Shown here in pieces: positions 63,652 to 64,000 of a stretch of 64,000 nt of DNA (its first letter is position 1; each line of letters begins with the position of its first letter). The translations under genes were made by a program, and so were the position numbers. Origin of the DNA: Octopus bimaculoides. Lineage: Eukaryota. Where the stretch lies: the NCBI RefSeq assembly GCF_001194135.2, contig NC_068983.1, forward strand, positions 157,580,143 to 157,644,142. The letters run 5' to 3'. Below the pieces are notes generated by a model. It ran no database searches and was not told where the DNA came from. It was given only the letters and a program-made list of their open reading frames with translations.

Positions 63652-64000
63652 GGAGGCGCAATGGCCCAGTGGTTAGGGCAGCGCTCTCGTGGTCATAGGA
63701 TCGTGGTTTCGAATCCCAGACCGGGCGTTGTGAGTGTTTATTGAGCGAAAACACCTAAAGCTCCACGAGGCTCCGGCAGGGGATGGTGGCAAACCCTGCT
63801 GTACTCTTCCACCACAGCTTTCTCTCACTCTTACTTCCTGTTTCTGTTGTGCCTGTACTTCAAAGGGTCAGCCTTGTCACACTGTGTCACGCTGAATATC
63901 CCCGAGAACTACGTTAAGGGTACACGTGTCTGTGGAGTGCTCAGCCACTTGCACATTAATTTCACGAGCAGGCTGTTCCGTTGATCGGATCAACTGGAAC
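63652..64000 (+). mobile_element. tRNA-headed SINE (runs off window end)
   Basis: Reverse complement of the 23490-23874 element with few differences. Confidence 0.9.

Noticed and set aside
63652-63725. Apparent tRNA genes (also 23800-23874 and 32076-32165)
   Set aside because: These are tRNA-derived SINE heads continuing into SINE bodies, two with TSDs. No complete cloverleaf was found.

Overview
AT-rich, repeat-dense eukaryotic genomic DNA from a gapped short-read-type scaffold. The repeat families suggest a coleoid cephalopod, probably Octopus (inference). Three spliced protein-coding genes can be reconstructed by hand. (1) The last eight exons of a peroxisomal acyl-CoA oxidase (ACOX1-like, + strand, 195-25209). 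(2) A two-coding-exon, 300-aa multipass membrane protein with a TspO-like 'TFSIWGxIY' motif and a C-terminal KKxx signal (+, 40718-45862). (3) The last five exons of a JmjC/cupin 2-oxoglutarate oxygenase carrying a C-terminal EF-hand (-, 62790-50167). Introns and intergenic DNA hold many RTE-LINE 3' tails, tRNA-headed SINEs, Helitrons (some in head-to-tail tandems), a deleted Gypsy element with a 5-bp TSD, hAT, mariner and CR1/L2 relics, MITEs with telomere-like cores and several long near-perfect hairpins. The most unusual item is a U6 snRNA copy fused to an RTE-LINE 3' tail (2428-2832), resembling the U6/L1 chimeras known from mammals. No prokaryote-type systems (CRISPR, operons) are supported.
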